From a virus (taxonomy: Duplodnaviria > Caudoviricetes): DNA of 64,000 nucleotides. The stretch's first letter is position 1, and each line of letters begins with the position of its first letter. A program made the translations under genes and the position numbers. The stretch covers positions 28,052-92,051 of IMG/VR virus record IMGVR_UViG_3300017814_000114; one strand, given 5' to 3'. Below, one piece after another: positions 18,671 to 29,213 of this stretch. The notes under the pieces were generated by a model that ran no database searches, had not been told where the DNA came from, and was given only the letters and a program-made list of their open reading frames with translations.

Positions 18671-21600
18671 ATGAGTCAAATACCTCAAGATACTATAGAC
18701 CGGATCCAAGGAGCCGCCGATATCGTAAAGGTCATCGGGAAAGACGTTGCACTCAAGAAACAAGGGGTCAACTACGTTGGTTTGTGCCCCTTTCACAATG
18801 AGAAAACGCCATCGTTCACGGTTTCACCGGCACGTGGTATCTATAAATGCTTCAGCTGTGGTGAAGGTGGAAATGTCATTAGCTATCTACAAAAAGCTAA
18901 TGGAATGTCTTTCCCCGAAGCAGTTCGCGAGCTCGGCAAACAGTACGGCATTGATGTTCCTAATGTCGAGTTAACAAACGAACAACGTATATCACAACAG
19001 GAAAAAGAATCAGCCCGAATAGCGATTGAAGAGGCGCATAACCTCTTTTGCTGGAACTTAAAGCGAAGCCCAGAAGGAAACGAATACTTGTCCGATCGAA
19101 ATATTAAACCTGCGATCGTTGAACAGTTCGGACTGGGTTTCGCTTTTTCATCTAATGAATTAAGTAAACGGATGGTGCAAAAAGGATATAATCCGAAGCA
19201 CCTGATCACATGTGGAGTGTCATACATGGACGACCAGCACACATTGCATGATTTCTTTTATAATCGCATTATCTTCCCCTTTTATGACCACCTGGGCAAT
19301 GTAATAGGTTTCGACGGACGAGATATCCGACCAATACCTGCAGACAAATCGAAACCATATATAAAATATAAAAATACTGGAGACACAATCCTATTCAAAA
19401 AAGGATCATGCTTATATGGACTATACCAGGCAAGAAAGTCAATTATACAGAAAGACAAAGTATATATTGTCGAAGGGCAGATGGATGTATTGCAATCATT
19501 TCAGTCCGGACTTACTAACGTGGTCGCATCAAGTGGATGTGCATTCGATGAGCGCCAACGTCGTCTCATTCACAACATTACTTCAAACGTCGTATTACTG
19601 CTTGACGGAGATGATGCAGGCATCAAAAGCGCTATTGATAAGATTCCGAAGTTTGTCAAAGATGAGTTCGTCGTAAAGTGTGTTCTTCTTCCTGTAGGAA
19701 AAGATCCAGATGATATGGCGAAAATCAAAGGCATGGATTTTCCAAAATGGGTTGAAGAAAAAGAGACTTCTTATATAGACTTCCTTGGACATACGTTGTT
19801 CGATCCAGCGGATGACGAATATCGGAAACTTGCAAAGACCAAAACGGTACTCGCCATCATCATGACAGAGAAAGAAGCGATTATCCGCGAAAAATTGATG
19901 GGGGAACTCTATAGCTTCACTGGTTACTCGCTTGAACAACTCAATCAGCTTACAGGCTCTATCCAGACTCCAGAAGAGCCCGAACACTTTCAACCGGGTT
20001 TCTACGGTACTGAATTTATTAAGGAGTATATTGAAAAAGAAGAAAAGATCATACACCTTACACCTGATTTTCACCGCTTTCAAACTAATATAGGCGAAAA
20101 GCAACCATGGCTCTTCTATTATGGACTTCCAAGTCAAGGCGAAATTCAAAACTTAATGCAGTTAGCAGATCGTGTCATTGTTCACAGCCCCGATATGCAA
20201 TGTGATGGACGAAGTGAAAATTCGGACTGTAAGCTCATGAAAGAGATGTTTAAATTCGGGCTCACTGTTGATGTAATGGACAACTCCGAAGTTCCTGTCG
20301 GTTTTCTCTTCTTTTACATTAGCTGGTACGGCGACCGCATCAGAAAGGACTCACCTACTCCAGAAGTAAAGAATGAATATATCACCCGTTGCGCCGAAAT
20401 GATATCATACGCACGCGAATCTATTCAGACCATCAATATGGAAGCATGGGCAAAGATTCTCGATTTGAAAACGACCGCACTAAAAGATGTTCTAAAGCCT
20501 TTCAATAGCGAGCGTAAATCTCGACGAAAGATAGAACGCGAACGCGGAGATATATTCAACGATCTTATGTACGTCGACGAAAGTAATATTCCCGACTACG
20601 TACTGCAAAACGAAGAATACAAAAAAATGCTAGACCGATTCAATTTTTATCCTTTACTGAACAATGACGGAATACCGGTCTCATATATGTTCAAGACAGA
20701 TAATACATCTTACCACCGTGTCAGTGATTTTTATATGGAACCTCTTTTTCATGTATACAGTACTAACGATGAGGAAAACAGACGTATACTACGTCTCAAC
20801 TCGCTATACGATAAAAAGCCGAAGTATGTAGAATGGCCATCTACAACCTTCGTCAAACTCACAGAGATACAAAAGAAGCTCGTATGCCTAGATGGTGGAT
20901 ACAACTTTGAGAATGGTACAGCCGTTGATTACAATCGGATATGGACCTATATGTCTCACAAATTCCCAGCGTGTACACAGATAAAAGTATATGGACAGCA
21001 GGAAGAAGGATGCTTTTTATTTTCAAACGCGATTTTGCACCAAGTAGACAATGAATGGCAATTCGAATTTTGTGATGACCTCGGTCTCATGCGCGATGGT
21101 GATACCCTATTCTATTCACCTGCCTTCTCAAAGATTAATCTGGGACGTAAAGACAACGACCAATTTGAACAGGAACGATTTCTCGCATACACCGATACTC
21201 CAGCAAAAAAGCGTACCACTTTCGAACACTGGGCGTCACTAATGAACGAAGTCTACCAAATCAACGATAATGGAAAGTGGGCGATCATTTTTGCGATCAT
21301 GTGTGCATTTCGGTCAGACATTCATCCGCTTATGAATAGAACTTTCACTTCACTCTTTTTTGTCGGGCCAACAGAGTCCGGAAAGACTCAGATCGCTGTG
21401 TCCATACGTTCACTATTCATCCGCCCCGAAGCCCCGGCATTCAACTTGACTTCCGGAACTGACGCGGCATTTTTTTCTATACTTGAGAAATTCCGTGATG
21501 TACCTCAGATATACGAGGAATATAATGATGAAATGATATCAGACGCCAAATTTCAAGGGCTTAAGGACGTTACCTATGATTCAAACGGTAAACAAAAGCG

Positions 21601-22615
21601 CAAATCAGCCACCACAAACGATATTGAGACGTCAAAGGTTAATGCTCCGGTAATAATACTCGGTCAGGAAGTTCCACAAAAAGACGATAATGCGCTAACC
21701 AATCGTGTCATTTTATGCGAAGTACCAAAATCGCCAAAGCTCCGCGAGGAACATGCAGTGGAAATTTTTCAAGAATTAAAAGATTACGAACGTGCCGGTC
21801 TATCTTACCTGCTCGTTGATATACTAAAACTTCGTCCTCTTATCCGAGAACACTTTTCAGAAGTATGGAAACGTACCTCAAGAGAGCTCCAACAGAGATT
21901 GGAGTCTATTACTGGCAGCAAGAGCGGAGATCAGGCACGTATAACCAACACAGTTTCAATGTTTGTTACGACTTTAAAAATCGTCGAGAACTATGCCCCT
22001 CACATTAAATTGCCATTCACCGTCGAAGAATTTATACCAATTGCTGTCGAAAAGATCCGTTCACAGGTAGACATGATCATAAAGACTGATAAACTGGCCA
22101 CATTCTTTAATACGATCGACTATCTGCTTGATAAAGGTACCGTTAAATATGGACGCGATTACAAGATCGTCCGCCCTGGACGGAATATCAAGCTTAAAGA
22201 CAGTCAAGAATACGTATTACCGAGCACTGACACTAGCATTATTTACATGCGACTTTCTACTCTGCATAGCATCTATTCTTCAGCGATCGGTACAAAAGAA
22301 GCTTTTACCCTCGGAACTATTCAACAAAATCTACGATCTAGTCCCGCTTATATAGGAATGGTTGACAGCACAAAGTTTCATTACATGGAAGCCAAAGAAG
22401 TACCGGCAAGCCAAGCCTATCAAAACGACAACGCAACACCTGGAGCAAAGCCGAACATGACACTCACGCGTATCATGGTGCCCGTTGAACGGTCTTATTC
22501 TGCGATGGTACTCAACTACGACGTTCTAAAAGGACTCATAGGAATCAATCTCGATCGCGAAAATGAAGGAGGGAACAATACTCTGGTGGAAAAAGAACCA
22601 CCATTACCATTCTGA
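18671..22615 (+). CDS. DnaG-type primase fused to a P-loop helicase
   Basis: CHC2 zinc finger (CPFH...CFSC), TOPRIM (VEG.MD, DGD), Walker A GPTESGKT. Confidence 0.92.
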   Translation: MSQIPQDTIDRIQGAADIVKVIGKDVALKKQGVNYVGLCPFHNEKTPSFTVSPARGIYKCFSCGEGGNVISYLQKANGMSFPEAVRELGKQYGIDVPNVELTNEQRISQQEKESARIAIEEAHNLFCWNLKRSPEGNEYLSDRNIKPAIVEQFGLGFAFSSNELSKRMVQKGYNPKHLITCGVSYMDDQHTLHDFFYNRIIFPFYDHLGNVIGFDGRDIRPIPADKSKPYIKYKNTGDTILFKKGSCLYGLYQARKSIIQKDKVYIVEGQMDVLQSFQSGLTNVVASSGCAFDERQRRLIHNITSNVVLLLDGDDAGIKSAIDKIPKFVKDEFVVKCVLLPVGKDPDDMAKIKGMDFPKWVEEKETSYIDFLGHTLFDPADDEYRKLAKTKTVLAIIMTEKEAIIREKLMGELYSFTGYSLEQLNQLTGSIQTPEEPEHFQPGFYGTEFIKEYIEKEEKIIHLTPDFHRFQTNIGEKQPWLFYYGLPSQGEIQNLMQLADRVIVHSPDMQCDGRSENSDCKLMKEMFKFGLTVDVMDNSEVPVGFLFFYISWYGDRIRKDSPTPEVKNEYITRCAEMISYARESIQTINMEAWAKILDLKTTALKDVLKPFNSERKSRRKIERERGDIFNDLMYVDESNIPDYVLQNEEYKKMLDRFNFYPLLNNDGIPVSYMFKTDNTSYHRVSDFYMEPLFHVYSTNDEENRRILRLNSLYDKKPKYVEWPSTTFVKLTEIQKKLVCLDGGYNFENGTAVDYNRIWTYMSHKFPACTQIKVYGQQEEGCFLFSNAILHQVDNEWQFEFCDDLGLMRDGDTLFYSPAFSKINLGRKDNDQFEQERFLAYTDTPAKKRTTFEHWASLMNEVYQINDNGKWAIIFAIMCAFRSDIHPLMNRTFTSLFFVGPTESGKTQIAVSIRSLFIRPEAPAFNLTSGTDAAFFSILEKFRDVPQIYEEYNDEMISDAKFQGLKDVTYDSNGKQKRKSATTNDIETSKVNAPVIILGQEVPQKDDNALTNRVILCEVPKSPKLREEHAVEIFQELKDYERAGLSYLLVDILKLRPLIREHFSEVWKRTSRELQQRLESITGSKSGDQARITNTVSMFVTTLKIVENYAPHIKLPFTVEEFIPIAVEKIRSQVDMIIKTDKLATFFNTIDYLLDKGTVKYGRDYKIVRPGRNIKLKDSQEYVLPSTDTSIIYMRLSTLHSIYSSAIGTKEAFTLGTIQQNLRSSPAYIGMVDSTKFHYMEAKEVPASQAYQNDNATPGAKPNMTLTRIMVPVERSYSAMVLNYDVLKGLIGINLDRENEGGNNTLVEKEPPLPF

Positions 22616-22705
22616 TACGGCAGGATGATTTATTTCCATATTAAAAGAAAGAACTTAAAAGGTTAGATATGAGCAAAAAATGTTTTATTAAAAAATAGAT
22701 AAAAT

Positions 22706-23236
22706 ATGAATACCAAAATTATTACGAGAGTAAATGACGTCGATATCGTATCGACAAGTGACGAACAATTGGTCGCGATCAAACCGATTTGCGAAGCATT
22801 AGGCATTACGGACAGACCGCAACGTGAGAAGATTTCTTCCCATCCGATTTTATCTTCAGTTGGGACGCTTAGCATCCTAACTGGGAAAGATGGTAAAGAG
22901 TATGAAATGTTTTGTTTGCCGTTCAAATATGTGTTTGGTTGGCTATTTACTATCAATCCAAATAATGTGGATGAATCGGCTCGCCCGAACTTGATTAAAT
23001 TCCAAGAGGAATGTTACGAAGCTTTATATCGATATTTTGCAGATAAAGCCACATTTGTAGAACAGAAACAGCAAGAAATAGACAAGCAACTCGGTATCGT
23101 AGAAGAGGCAAAATCTAATTTCAATAAAGCAAAAAGTGTGTTGAGCGATGCCGATCAAAGATTACAGAAACTGCGCAAGCTTACCATGGACGATTTCGAT
23201 TACGAACGCCGTCAACTCAAACTTTTCGAATCTTAA
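22706..23236 (+). CDS. Phage antirepressor (P22 Ant N-terminal domain)
   Basis: VAIKPICEALG...DGK.YEM.CLP....GWL..I.P..V....LI.FQ.EC..AL. Confidence 0.85.
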   Translation: MNTKIITRVNDVDIVSTSDEQLVAIKPICEALGITDRPQREKISSHPILSSVGTLSILTGKDGKEYEMFCLPFKYVFGWLFTINPNNVDESARPNLIKFQEECYEALYRYFADKATFVEQKQQEIDKQLGIVEEAKSNFNKAKSVLSDADQRLQKLRKLTMDDFDYERRQLKLFES

Positions 23237-23241
23237 ACGTT

Positions 23242-23559
23242 ATGATAGTCTATGTATGTATTCCCATCAACGGTCGCAAGGGCGGAACGTTGGAGGAAAA
23301 GAAGATAGCAGCCAAAAAACAATCTGATTGTATTAAATCAATACTTCAAGACAAAGGCCATTCTGTCATTACGCCATTTGACATTGTCCCCATCAAAGAA
23401 GATATCGACGATGCTGAAGCGCTCGGACGTCGTATAACAGCTCTTCGCAGATGTGATGCAATTTATAAGGCATCCGGATGGCGCTTTTCGAATGGGTGCC
23501 AAGTTGAAAGTGTAACAGCCCAAGTCTATAACATCAAAGTACTAGAGGATGAGATATAG
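23242..23559 (+). CDS. DUF4406 / nucleoside deoxyribosyltransferase-like protein
   Basis: VY...PI.G and CDAIY...GW..S.GC..E. Confidence 0.75.
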   Translation: MIVYVCIPINGRKGGTLEEKKIAAKKQSDCIKSILQDKGHSVITPFDIVPIKEDIDDAEALGRRITALRRCDAIYKASGWRFSNGCQVESVTAQVYNIKVLEDEI

Positions 23560-23616
23560 CTAGTAGGGATACCCACAAGAGTATTATTGAATTTTGATTT
23601 TTGTATTAGTTTTTTG

Positions 23617-23650
23617 AATCCTAGGCGTCGCGATGATGTCTAGGATTTTT
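23617..23650 (+). terminator. Intrinsic terminator of the early operon
   Basis: aatcctaggcgtc/gatgtctaggatt stem plus T-run. Confidence 0.7.
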
Positions 23651-23722
23651 CATTCCCCCGATGACCCCCAATTTAACAATTGAAATAAGAATAAGCATGA
23701 AAAATATTTTTCAGAAAAACGA

Positions 23723-24045
23723 GCCCAACGGCCCAACGACCCAACGAAAGAATTATTTTTCAAAATATAATATAATAGTAAATAGTTGATATATAGTATT
23801 CTATCATTAATTATATATTCGTTTGGTTTAGTTGGGCGCATTCTTTATACGTTGGGCTTCGTTTGGTTCAATAATTTTATGTCCAACGATAGTACAGGCT
23901 TACTTGAGATGCTGAACCCAACGAAATGATAAAAAGTTGGGCACGTTCTGCACTAAATTTTTAGTAAAACATTTTGCTTTCAACTTAAATATTAGTAATT
24001 TAGCTAAAATTTTACTACCCGGTTGGGCCGTTGGGCCGTTGGGTT
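23723..24045. repeat. Probable replication origin with 8-bp iterons
   Basis: Three CCCAACG units at 23723..23746, three inverted units at 24022..24045, single copies between, AT-rich core. Confidence 0.7.
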
Positions 24046-24088
24046 CTAAAAAAACAACTTTTATTTTTCAGATAAAAAAAGAATAGAA

Positions 24089-24586
24089 ATGATTAACACT
24101 TGCATTAACATTAAGCCCTATTTGGCTGAGTATATTAAAGGTAAATTTGGCAATTTATGCGGAGATCCAATCGCATTTCCGGATTCATCCGACTTATATC
24201 ATATTATATTTGACTTACTTCAAAAAAGACCTGAAGGCAAAAGTCCAGTAGATACCGGCAATTTACTTATAAATCTTCCCTCTAGACGCATAGGCAAAAA
24301 GCCCGAAGTTTATAATTATCTATCTGCTCGAGCACAACGTATGATCGAGAAAAAAATAAAGCTAATGTTTGACAATGAATTACATGATCGTTTTGAAGAA
24401 AACTATAGAGATGCTCATCGCCTTGACAACATAGAAATAGCATTTGGGTTTATGACCATGTATTCGATAGAGTCCATATCAGAAGATGCACTCCTTAAAA
24501 ATTATTATAGGTGGAGAGATAACTGTAGAAAGAAAAGTCATCGGAGAAAGTACCAAAAGAATCAAAAGAATTACTCGAACATTTAA
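24089..24586 (+). CDS. Phage protein, candidate late-transcription activator
   Basis: Between origin and structural genes; basic HTH-like C-terminus; function is inference. Confidence 0.5.
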   Translation: MINTCINIKPYLAEYIKGKFGNLCGDPIAFPDSSDLYHIIFDLLQKRPEGKSPVDTGNLLINLPSRRIGKKPEVYNYLSARAQRMIEKKIKLMFDNELHDRFEENYRDAHRLDNIEIAFGFMTMYSIESISEDALLKNYYRWRDNCRKKSHRRKYQKNQKNYSNI

Positions 24587-24706
24587 AAACATTAAAAATG
24601 AGCATAAAAAAAGAGCCCACCAAATGTCGCTTTTTGTCCAAAATGTATGACAAAACAGTCCTATTCGCATCCACAATGTGACTAATACATTAACTGCCAA
24701 TTAATT

Positions 24707-25027
24707 ATGAAACAATTTTCCCAGATAATTAGAATAATAGAATTGACATCATCCAAAGAACTCAACGTTCTTGTCGATCCTTTTATTCTTGAACCAACTC
24801 CAGAGACATCTAATCAAGGAACAGCTTATTCCGTTGACCTGAATCTATCTTCAACCGACGAGATACCTGCAGCATGGGTTGGACGAGAATTCAATGCTCG
24901 TATATATATTAATAATGGTGCGATATTATTCGGCGATGAAGACTACCCCACTAAGTGCTTAATAAGTCCATATCTTAACCATTATGCCATAAAAATAACC
25001 AGCAAACAGCCTTATCCAATAATATAG
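24707..25027 (+). CDS. Hypothetical phage protein
   Basis: ORF upstream of the head module. Confidence 0.6.
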   Translation: MKQFSQIIRIIELTSSKELNVLVDPFILEPTPETSNQGTAYSVDLNLSSTDEIPAAWVGREFNARIYINNGAILFGDEDYPTKCLISPYLNHYAIKITSKQPYPII

Positions 25028-25028
25028 C

Positions 25029-25063
25029 GTACTTTATCCCACAAAAAGAGCTGGCTATCTTTG
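25029..25063 (+). promoter_or_regulatory. Putative late promoter
   Basis: GTACTTT-N20-TATCTTTG. Confidence 0.65.
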
Positions 25064-25080
25064 ATAAAAAATAAACGAGG

Positions 25081-25995
25081 ATGGCCAAGACATTATATTT
25101 ACCTTCTGAATTTTTAAGAGCTAACAATTTATTAGTGACTCGAGAGCAATATACTGAGTCACTAATGAATTTTATGCTTTTAGAAGGTAAACTGCCAACA
25201 TATAAAGACACTATAAAAAGTAGTGTTAAGCGAACTTGTGAATTATCCAATAAAGACATTCCTATAGCGATTGATGATTATTCCTCTGCAGAACTCGAGC
25301 AGAACACGATCGCCTATTTCTTTATTTCCGGATTTATCACGGCTGACAGTTGGTGGTGTTTTTCTTCTAAACAATTTGAATCCGAGATTAAAGCCGCAGA
25401 TGCCAATCCCAATATTAGCGTACATTTTCTTCACATAAGTTCTGGCGGTGGGGAAGGTTGGTATCTAGATCGATTATCAGAGACACTTAAGTCTTTGACA
25501 AAACCCATCTATGTGCTTATCGAGAAGTTATGTGCATCTGCAGCGTACTATATCGGCTGTCATGGTACAAAAGTAATGGCCATGACTCAAAATGATCTTA
25601 TAGGCTGTATTGGCGTTATGACACAAGTGATGGACCCCTCAAAATTCTTCGAAAACATGGGGATAAAAATCTTCGATTTATATGCGGATCAGTCCGACTT
25701 AAAAAACAAAAAATATAACGACATAATCAAAGGGAAGCCAGAGCAATATATCAGTGAAGAACTTAACCCTATGGCTATCCAATTTATTAATGAGGTCCGC
25801 TCTTCTCGATCTCCATTCTCTGAGCTGAAAGATAACGATCCGATACTCAGAGGTGAAACCTATATGGCCAATATCGCAAAAGAAAATGGTCTTATAGATG
25901 GTATTATAACTTTAGAAGACGCTCTTAATGATGCCTACCAGATTGGCCTTAATTCCAACAGTAAAGGAAAGATTTATACCATTTTCAATAATTAA
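25081..25995 (+). CDS. S49-family peptidase, prohead maturation protease
   Basis: SGGG, CASAAYYI, IGCIGV, GLIDGI motifs; directly before the capsid gene. Confidence 0.88.
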   Translation: MAKTLYLPSEFLRANNLLVTREQYTESLMNFMLLEGKLPTYKDTIKSSVKRTCELSNKDIPIAIDDYSSAELEQNTIAYFFISGFITADSWWCFSSKQFESEIKAADANPNISVHFLHISSGGGEGWYLDRLSETLKSLTKPIYVLIEKLCASAAYYIGCHGTKVMAMTQNDLIGCIGVMTQVMDPSKFFENMGIKIFDLYADQSDLKNKKYNDIIKGKPEQYISEELNPMAIQFINEVRSSRSPFSELKDNDPILRGETYMANIAKENGLIDGIITLEDALNDAYQIGLNSNSKGKIYTIFNN

Positions 25996-26001
25996 TTTAA
26001 A

Positions 26002-28074
26002 ATGAAAACATTAAAAGAAAAAATCTCAGCAATTCTCACATCCCTTGGATTCCTAGACAAAGCAAAAGCCGGAACACTGACAAACAGGGAGTGGGAACAA
26101 GTAGTCACTGCTTATAAACAGGAGTATAAAACTGAACTTTCTTCGGATATGGCTAACGAAGAAAACAATCGCACTAGCAAACAGATTGCAGGCATTCAAA
26201 GTATTCTTAACCAAGTCGAAGTTGAGGAAAAGAAAAATGGAGGTTCAAAAAAAGAAGAAGATCCAGATAAAGGAGAGGATCCTGAAGAAGATCCGGATAA
26301 AAAGCCGAATAAAGAAGATTCTTCTAATTCACTCGAAAAAATTTCAGCTCAAGTTCAGAATGTCGTTAATGAGAACAAAAAGCTGAAAAAACAGATTGAG
26401 ACAATTGCCACTCAAACAGTTGCTCCAACCCCAAAAGAAGTTATTAACTTTTCAATTGAAAATATGCCGAACCTGACTACGGAAAAATCGCTCTTTGGTA
26501 TCGATAATCCGATATTCGATATGAGTAAACGTTATAATAAGTTATCTGCCAATCCAAAATTGTTGAATGACTTGACCGATCCAACGGAAGAAGACTTTTC
26601 CTCTTTCAAATCTGATTATCACAAATATGGTGAATCCCTTCGTAGTCGCTATAGAAAACTACAAGAAGCTCACCAACTGGACCCGAAGAAATTGGCCGAT
26701 GGAACTTTCTCACTAGGAACCTCAGCTGTTTCCGGTGACAATCTTGGTAATCTCGCAGATCAATATCTCATTCGACGCCAAGATGCTCTTATAGCCCGAA
26801 TCATTAATCTTCGTACTGTGAATGACCTATTTCCAACTCAGTATGGAATTCAGGACAGAGCTGTGTTAATGAACGCCTTCTTTGATTCGGTTTCCCAAGC
26901 ATACCAAAAAGGCAAAGTGTTCAAAGGTGGCATGAAAATCGAACCTCAATTCGGTTATGTTGACGATGCGATGATGAAGGTCTCTTTCGGTTCTATGAAA
27001 GAGATCGAAAGAATGTATATCGGATATCTGAATAAAGAGAATTCGGACCCTATGAAATGGTCGATCATAGAATTCTGCCTTCTGAACATGTATACTCAAA
27101 TGCAGCAGGAGCAAAACCACCGTCACATTATGGGTATATATAGAAAACCTGAAATCGGCGTTCCAGGACATTATCTGAATGCAGCAACTGGAGTATATTA
27201 TACCCTCGCTCGCCTAGTGCATGAACTTTCACTTAAACCAAATGATGACGACTCTCTATATTCGTATGATAACACGACTATGCTGGATGTCGTAAAGGAG
27301 TTCGTCGACGAAGTTCTATCACAACTTGACGAAAATCAAACGCTAGACGGGTTCTTTTTATACTTGAATGCTAATCATTATACATGGTGGTTGAAGTGCC
27401 TGAGAAAAGAATATGGAAAGGATACAGATTTCACTAATGGACCGAGTGCTTACTCTGTGACAGTTCCAGATACAAATCTACACATTAAATGGGTGCCTAA
27501 CCTTGGTCAAGAAAATCTGATGTTCATTCAAGAGCCTGGTAATATCGAATTCCTTGAAAACGTAGCAGGTGAAATGTTGAATGCAAAAATGAAAGACGAT
27601 ATGGAAGAAATGCATTCATGGTCGACTTGGAAAGAAGGCTGTGGCGCTTCCTATGTTGGTCCCAAGTTCACTAGCAAAGAAGATCTTGATGAAAACAACT
27701 TTCAACTCCAAAGAATCTTTATGAATCTTCCTGCCGTTAAAGTCCCTGCTGATTCTACTGCGATTACCGCAGACAAAAATCATCGCTGGTATATAACAGG
27801 GAAAAACACAAAGGATACATCTCTTACTTCCATTACCAGTGCCAAACAAGGAGCTGCGTATATAATCCAGATAGGCGATGCCGCTTTCCCTACCAAAATA
27901 GCAAAATCAGGAAGTTTTTCTGAGATTACCGCAGATTTCATTCCTACTAAAGTCGGTGATTATATAATGGTTGGTTTGAACTCTTCGAATAAGTTTTTCG
28001 AGTTCGAGCGTCAAGTGAACGGCATTCGTGCAGTCAACAAGTTGGTTCAGCCTAACATTCCTGGTGTTCAATAA
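26002..28074 (+). CDS. Major capsid protein with N-terminal scaffold-like region
   Basis: 690 aa after the protease; acidic/coiled N-terminus; followed by a strong hairpin. Confidence 0.7.
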   Translation: MKTLKEKISAILTSLGFLDKAKAGTLTNREWEQVVTAYKQEYKTELSSDMANEENNRTSKQIAGIQSILNQVEVEEKKNGGSKKEEDPDKGEDPEEDPDKKPNKEDSSNSLEKISAQVQNVVNENKKLKKQIETIATQTVAPTPKEVINFSIENMPNLTTEKSLFGIDNPIFDMSKRYNKLSANPKLLNDLTDPTEEDFSSFKSDYHKYGESLRSRYRKLQEAHQLDPKKLADGTFSLGTSAVSGDNLGNLADQYLIRRQDALIARIINLRTVNDLFPTQYGIQDRAVLMNAFFDSVSQAYQKGKVFKGGMKIEPQFGYVDDAMMKVSFGSMKEIERMYIGYLNKENSDPMKWSIIEFCLLNMYTQMQQEQNHRHIMGIYRKPEIGVPGHYLNAATGVYYTLARLVHELSLKPNDDDSLYSYDNTTMLDVVKEFVDEVLSQLDENQTLDGFFLYLNANHYTWWLKCLRKEYGKDTDFTNGPSAYSVTVPDTNLHIKWVPNLGQENLMFIQEPGNIEFLENVAGEMLNAKMKDDMEEMHSWSTWKEGCGASYVGPKFTSKEDLDENNFQLQRIFMNLPAVKVPADSTAITADKNHRWYITGKNTKDTSLTSITSAKQGAAYIIQIGDAAFPTKIAKSGSFSEITADFIPTKVGDYIMVGLNSSNKFFEFERQVNGIRAVNKLVQPNIPGVQ

Positions 28075-28083
28075 TATTCATTC

Positions 28084-28124
28084 AAGATAAACGGTAAGTT
28101 TATCTCTTATCGTTTATCTTCTTT
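28084..28124 (+). terminator. Hairpin after the capsid gene
   Basis: aagataaacggtaag/cttatcgtttatctt stem. Confidence 0.7.
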
Positions 28125-28138
28125 AATAATAAGTAATT

Positions 28139-29155
28139 ATGAAATCAAAAAAATCCATTATCAACAGAGCGATTCGTGCATATCGCACTGACCAAAGAAG
28201 AGCAATTGAGCACATGAGATCAATGTATTTTTTGCTCTCTGCTGTAGTTTTTATTATCGCAATTATAGGACTGTTTGCCTGCCCTGATTCTTTATTGGGA
28301 TGCAACATTGCCGGAGGTACTTCTCTCGCAGTTATGGCAGTGATTGGTAGTATTGACGATACTGCCGATAAATATACTTCAGGCAGTGATCTCTCTTACC
28401 AGGTATATGTTGTAGATGTCAGCCAGATAGATCGTACAAAGGTATTTCCCTCTCCAAATATTAATAGAGAAGTCGCATCAATACCGATGTTGCCCGGAGA
28501 ATATATGCATTATTTTGAAGCACATACGATCCCAGAATATGAAAGTTCTTCCGAAAAAGGAGACATCACAACGACTGGAACTAATACGTTGACTATTGTG
28601 ATGGGTGGAATGCGTGATAAATTACTCGATTTCCAAGAGGAACACACCGGAGGTAAATTCATCGTATTCTTTAAGTCAATCCAAACGCAAGGATGGATGA
28701 TCCTCGGATCATTGGACTCTCCTGTTGTTTTGAAAAAATCTGAGGGAAAACATAACAAAGATGGTAGATATATAACATTCACTTTTGAACGTTCTTCTGT
28801 CATACAGTATCACCATTATGTCGGGGCATTTATCACGGTTCCTGATATTGTTAATGCAGCAGATAGTGACACTCTCGCTATTAAACCAGGTGTTGATCAA
28901 TATCAAATACCTGCCGGTGCAGCTGCGACTTATGCAATTTCTAAAATATCCGGTATAACAGAAAGTGATAAAGGGCGCGTAATCACTCTTATAGGTACAG
29001 CATCAAGTAACGCTGCTACGATCGCCGACGGTTCTCTTTTTACTCTCGTTGATGGTACTACTTGGACCGCTAAAGCTGGTAGTAGAATCTCATTGCGAAT
29101 ATTAGACACCAACACCCTCGTAGAAGTTGATGGTAGCCGTGTACAAACAGCTTAG
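28139..29155 (+). CDS. Structural protein, probable tail tube, with hydrophobic N-terminal leader
   Basis: Beta-rich T/G composition, ILGS..SP motif, precedes a frameshifting gene pair. Confidence 0.55.
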   Translation: MKSKKSIINRAIRAYRTDQRRAIEHMRSMYFLLSAVVFIIAIIGLFACPDSLLGCNIAGGTSLAVMAVIGSIDDTADKYTSGSDLSYQVYVVDVSQIDRTKVFPSPNINREVASIPMLPGEYMHYFEAHTIPEYESSSEKGDITTTGTNTLTIVMGGMRDKLLDFQEEHTGGKFIVFFKSIQTQGWMILGSLDSPVVLKKSEGKHNKDGRYITFTFERSSVIQYHHYVGAFITVPDIVNAADSDTLAIKPGVDQYQIPAGAAATYAISKISGITESDKGRVITLIGTASSNAATIADGSLFTLVDGTTWTAKAGSRISLRILDTNTLVEVDGSRVQTA

Positions 29156-29213
29156 TCTATTGTTTAACTACTCCAGCAATCACAAGGTTGCCGGGGTTTA
29201 ATTATCAACTAAG

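Noticed and set aside
23723-24045. CRISPR array
   Set aside because: Units are 8 bp with no regular unique spacers and there are no cas genes
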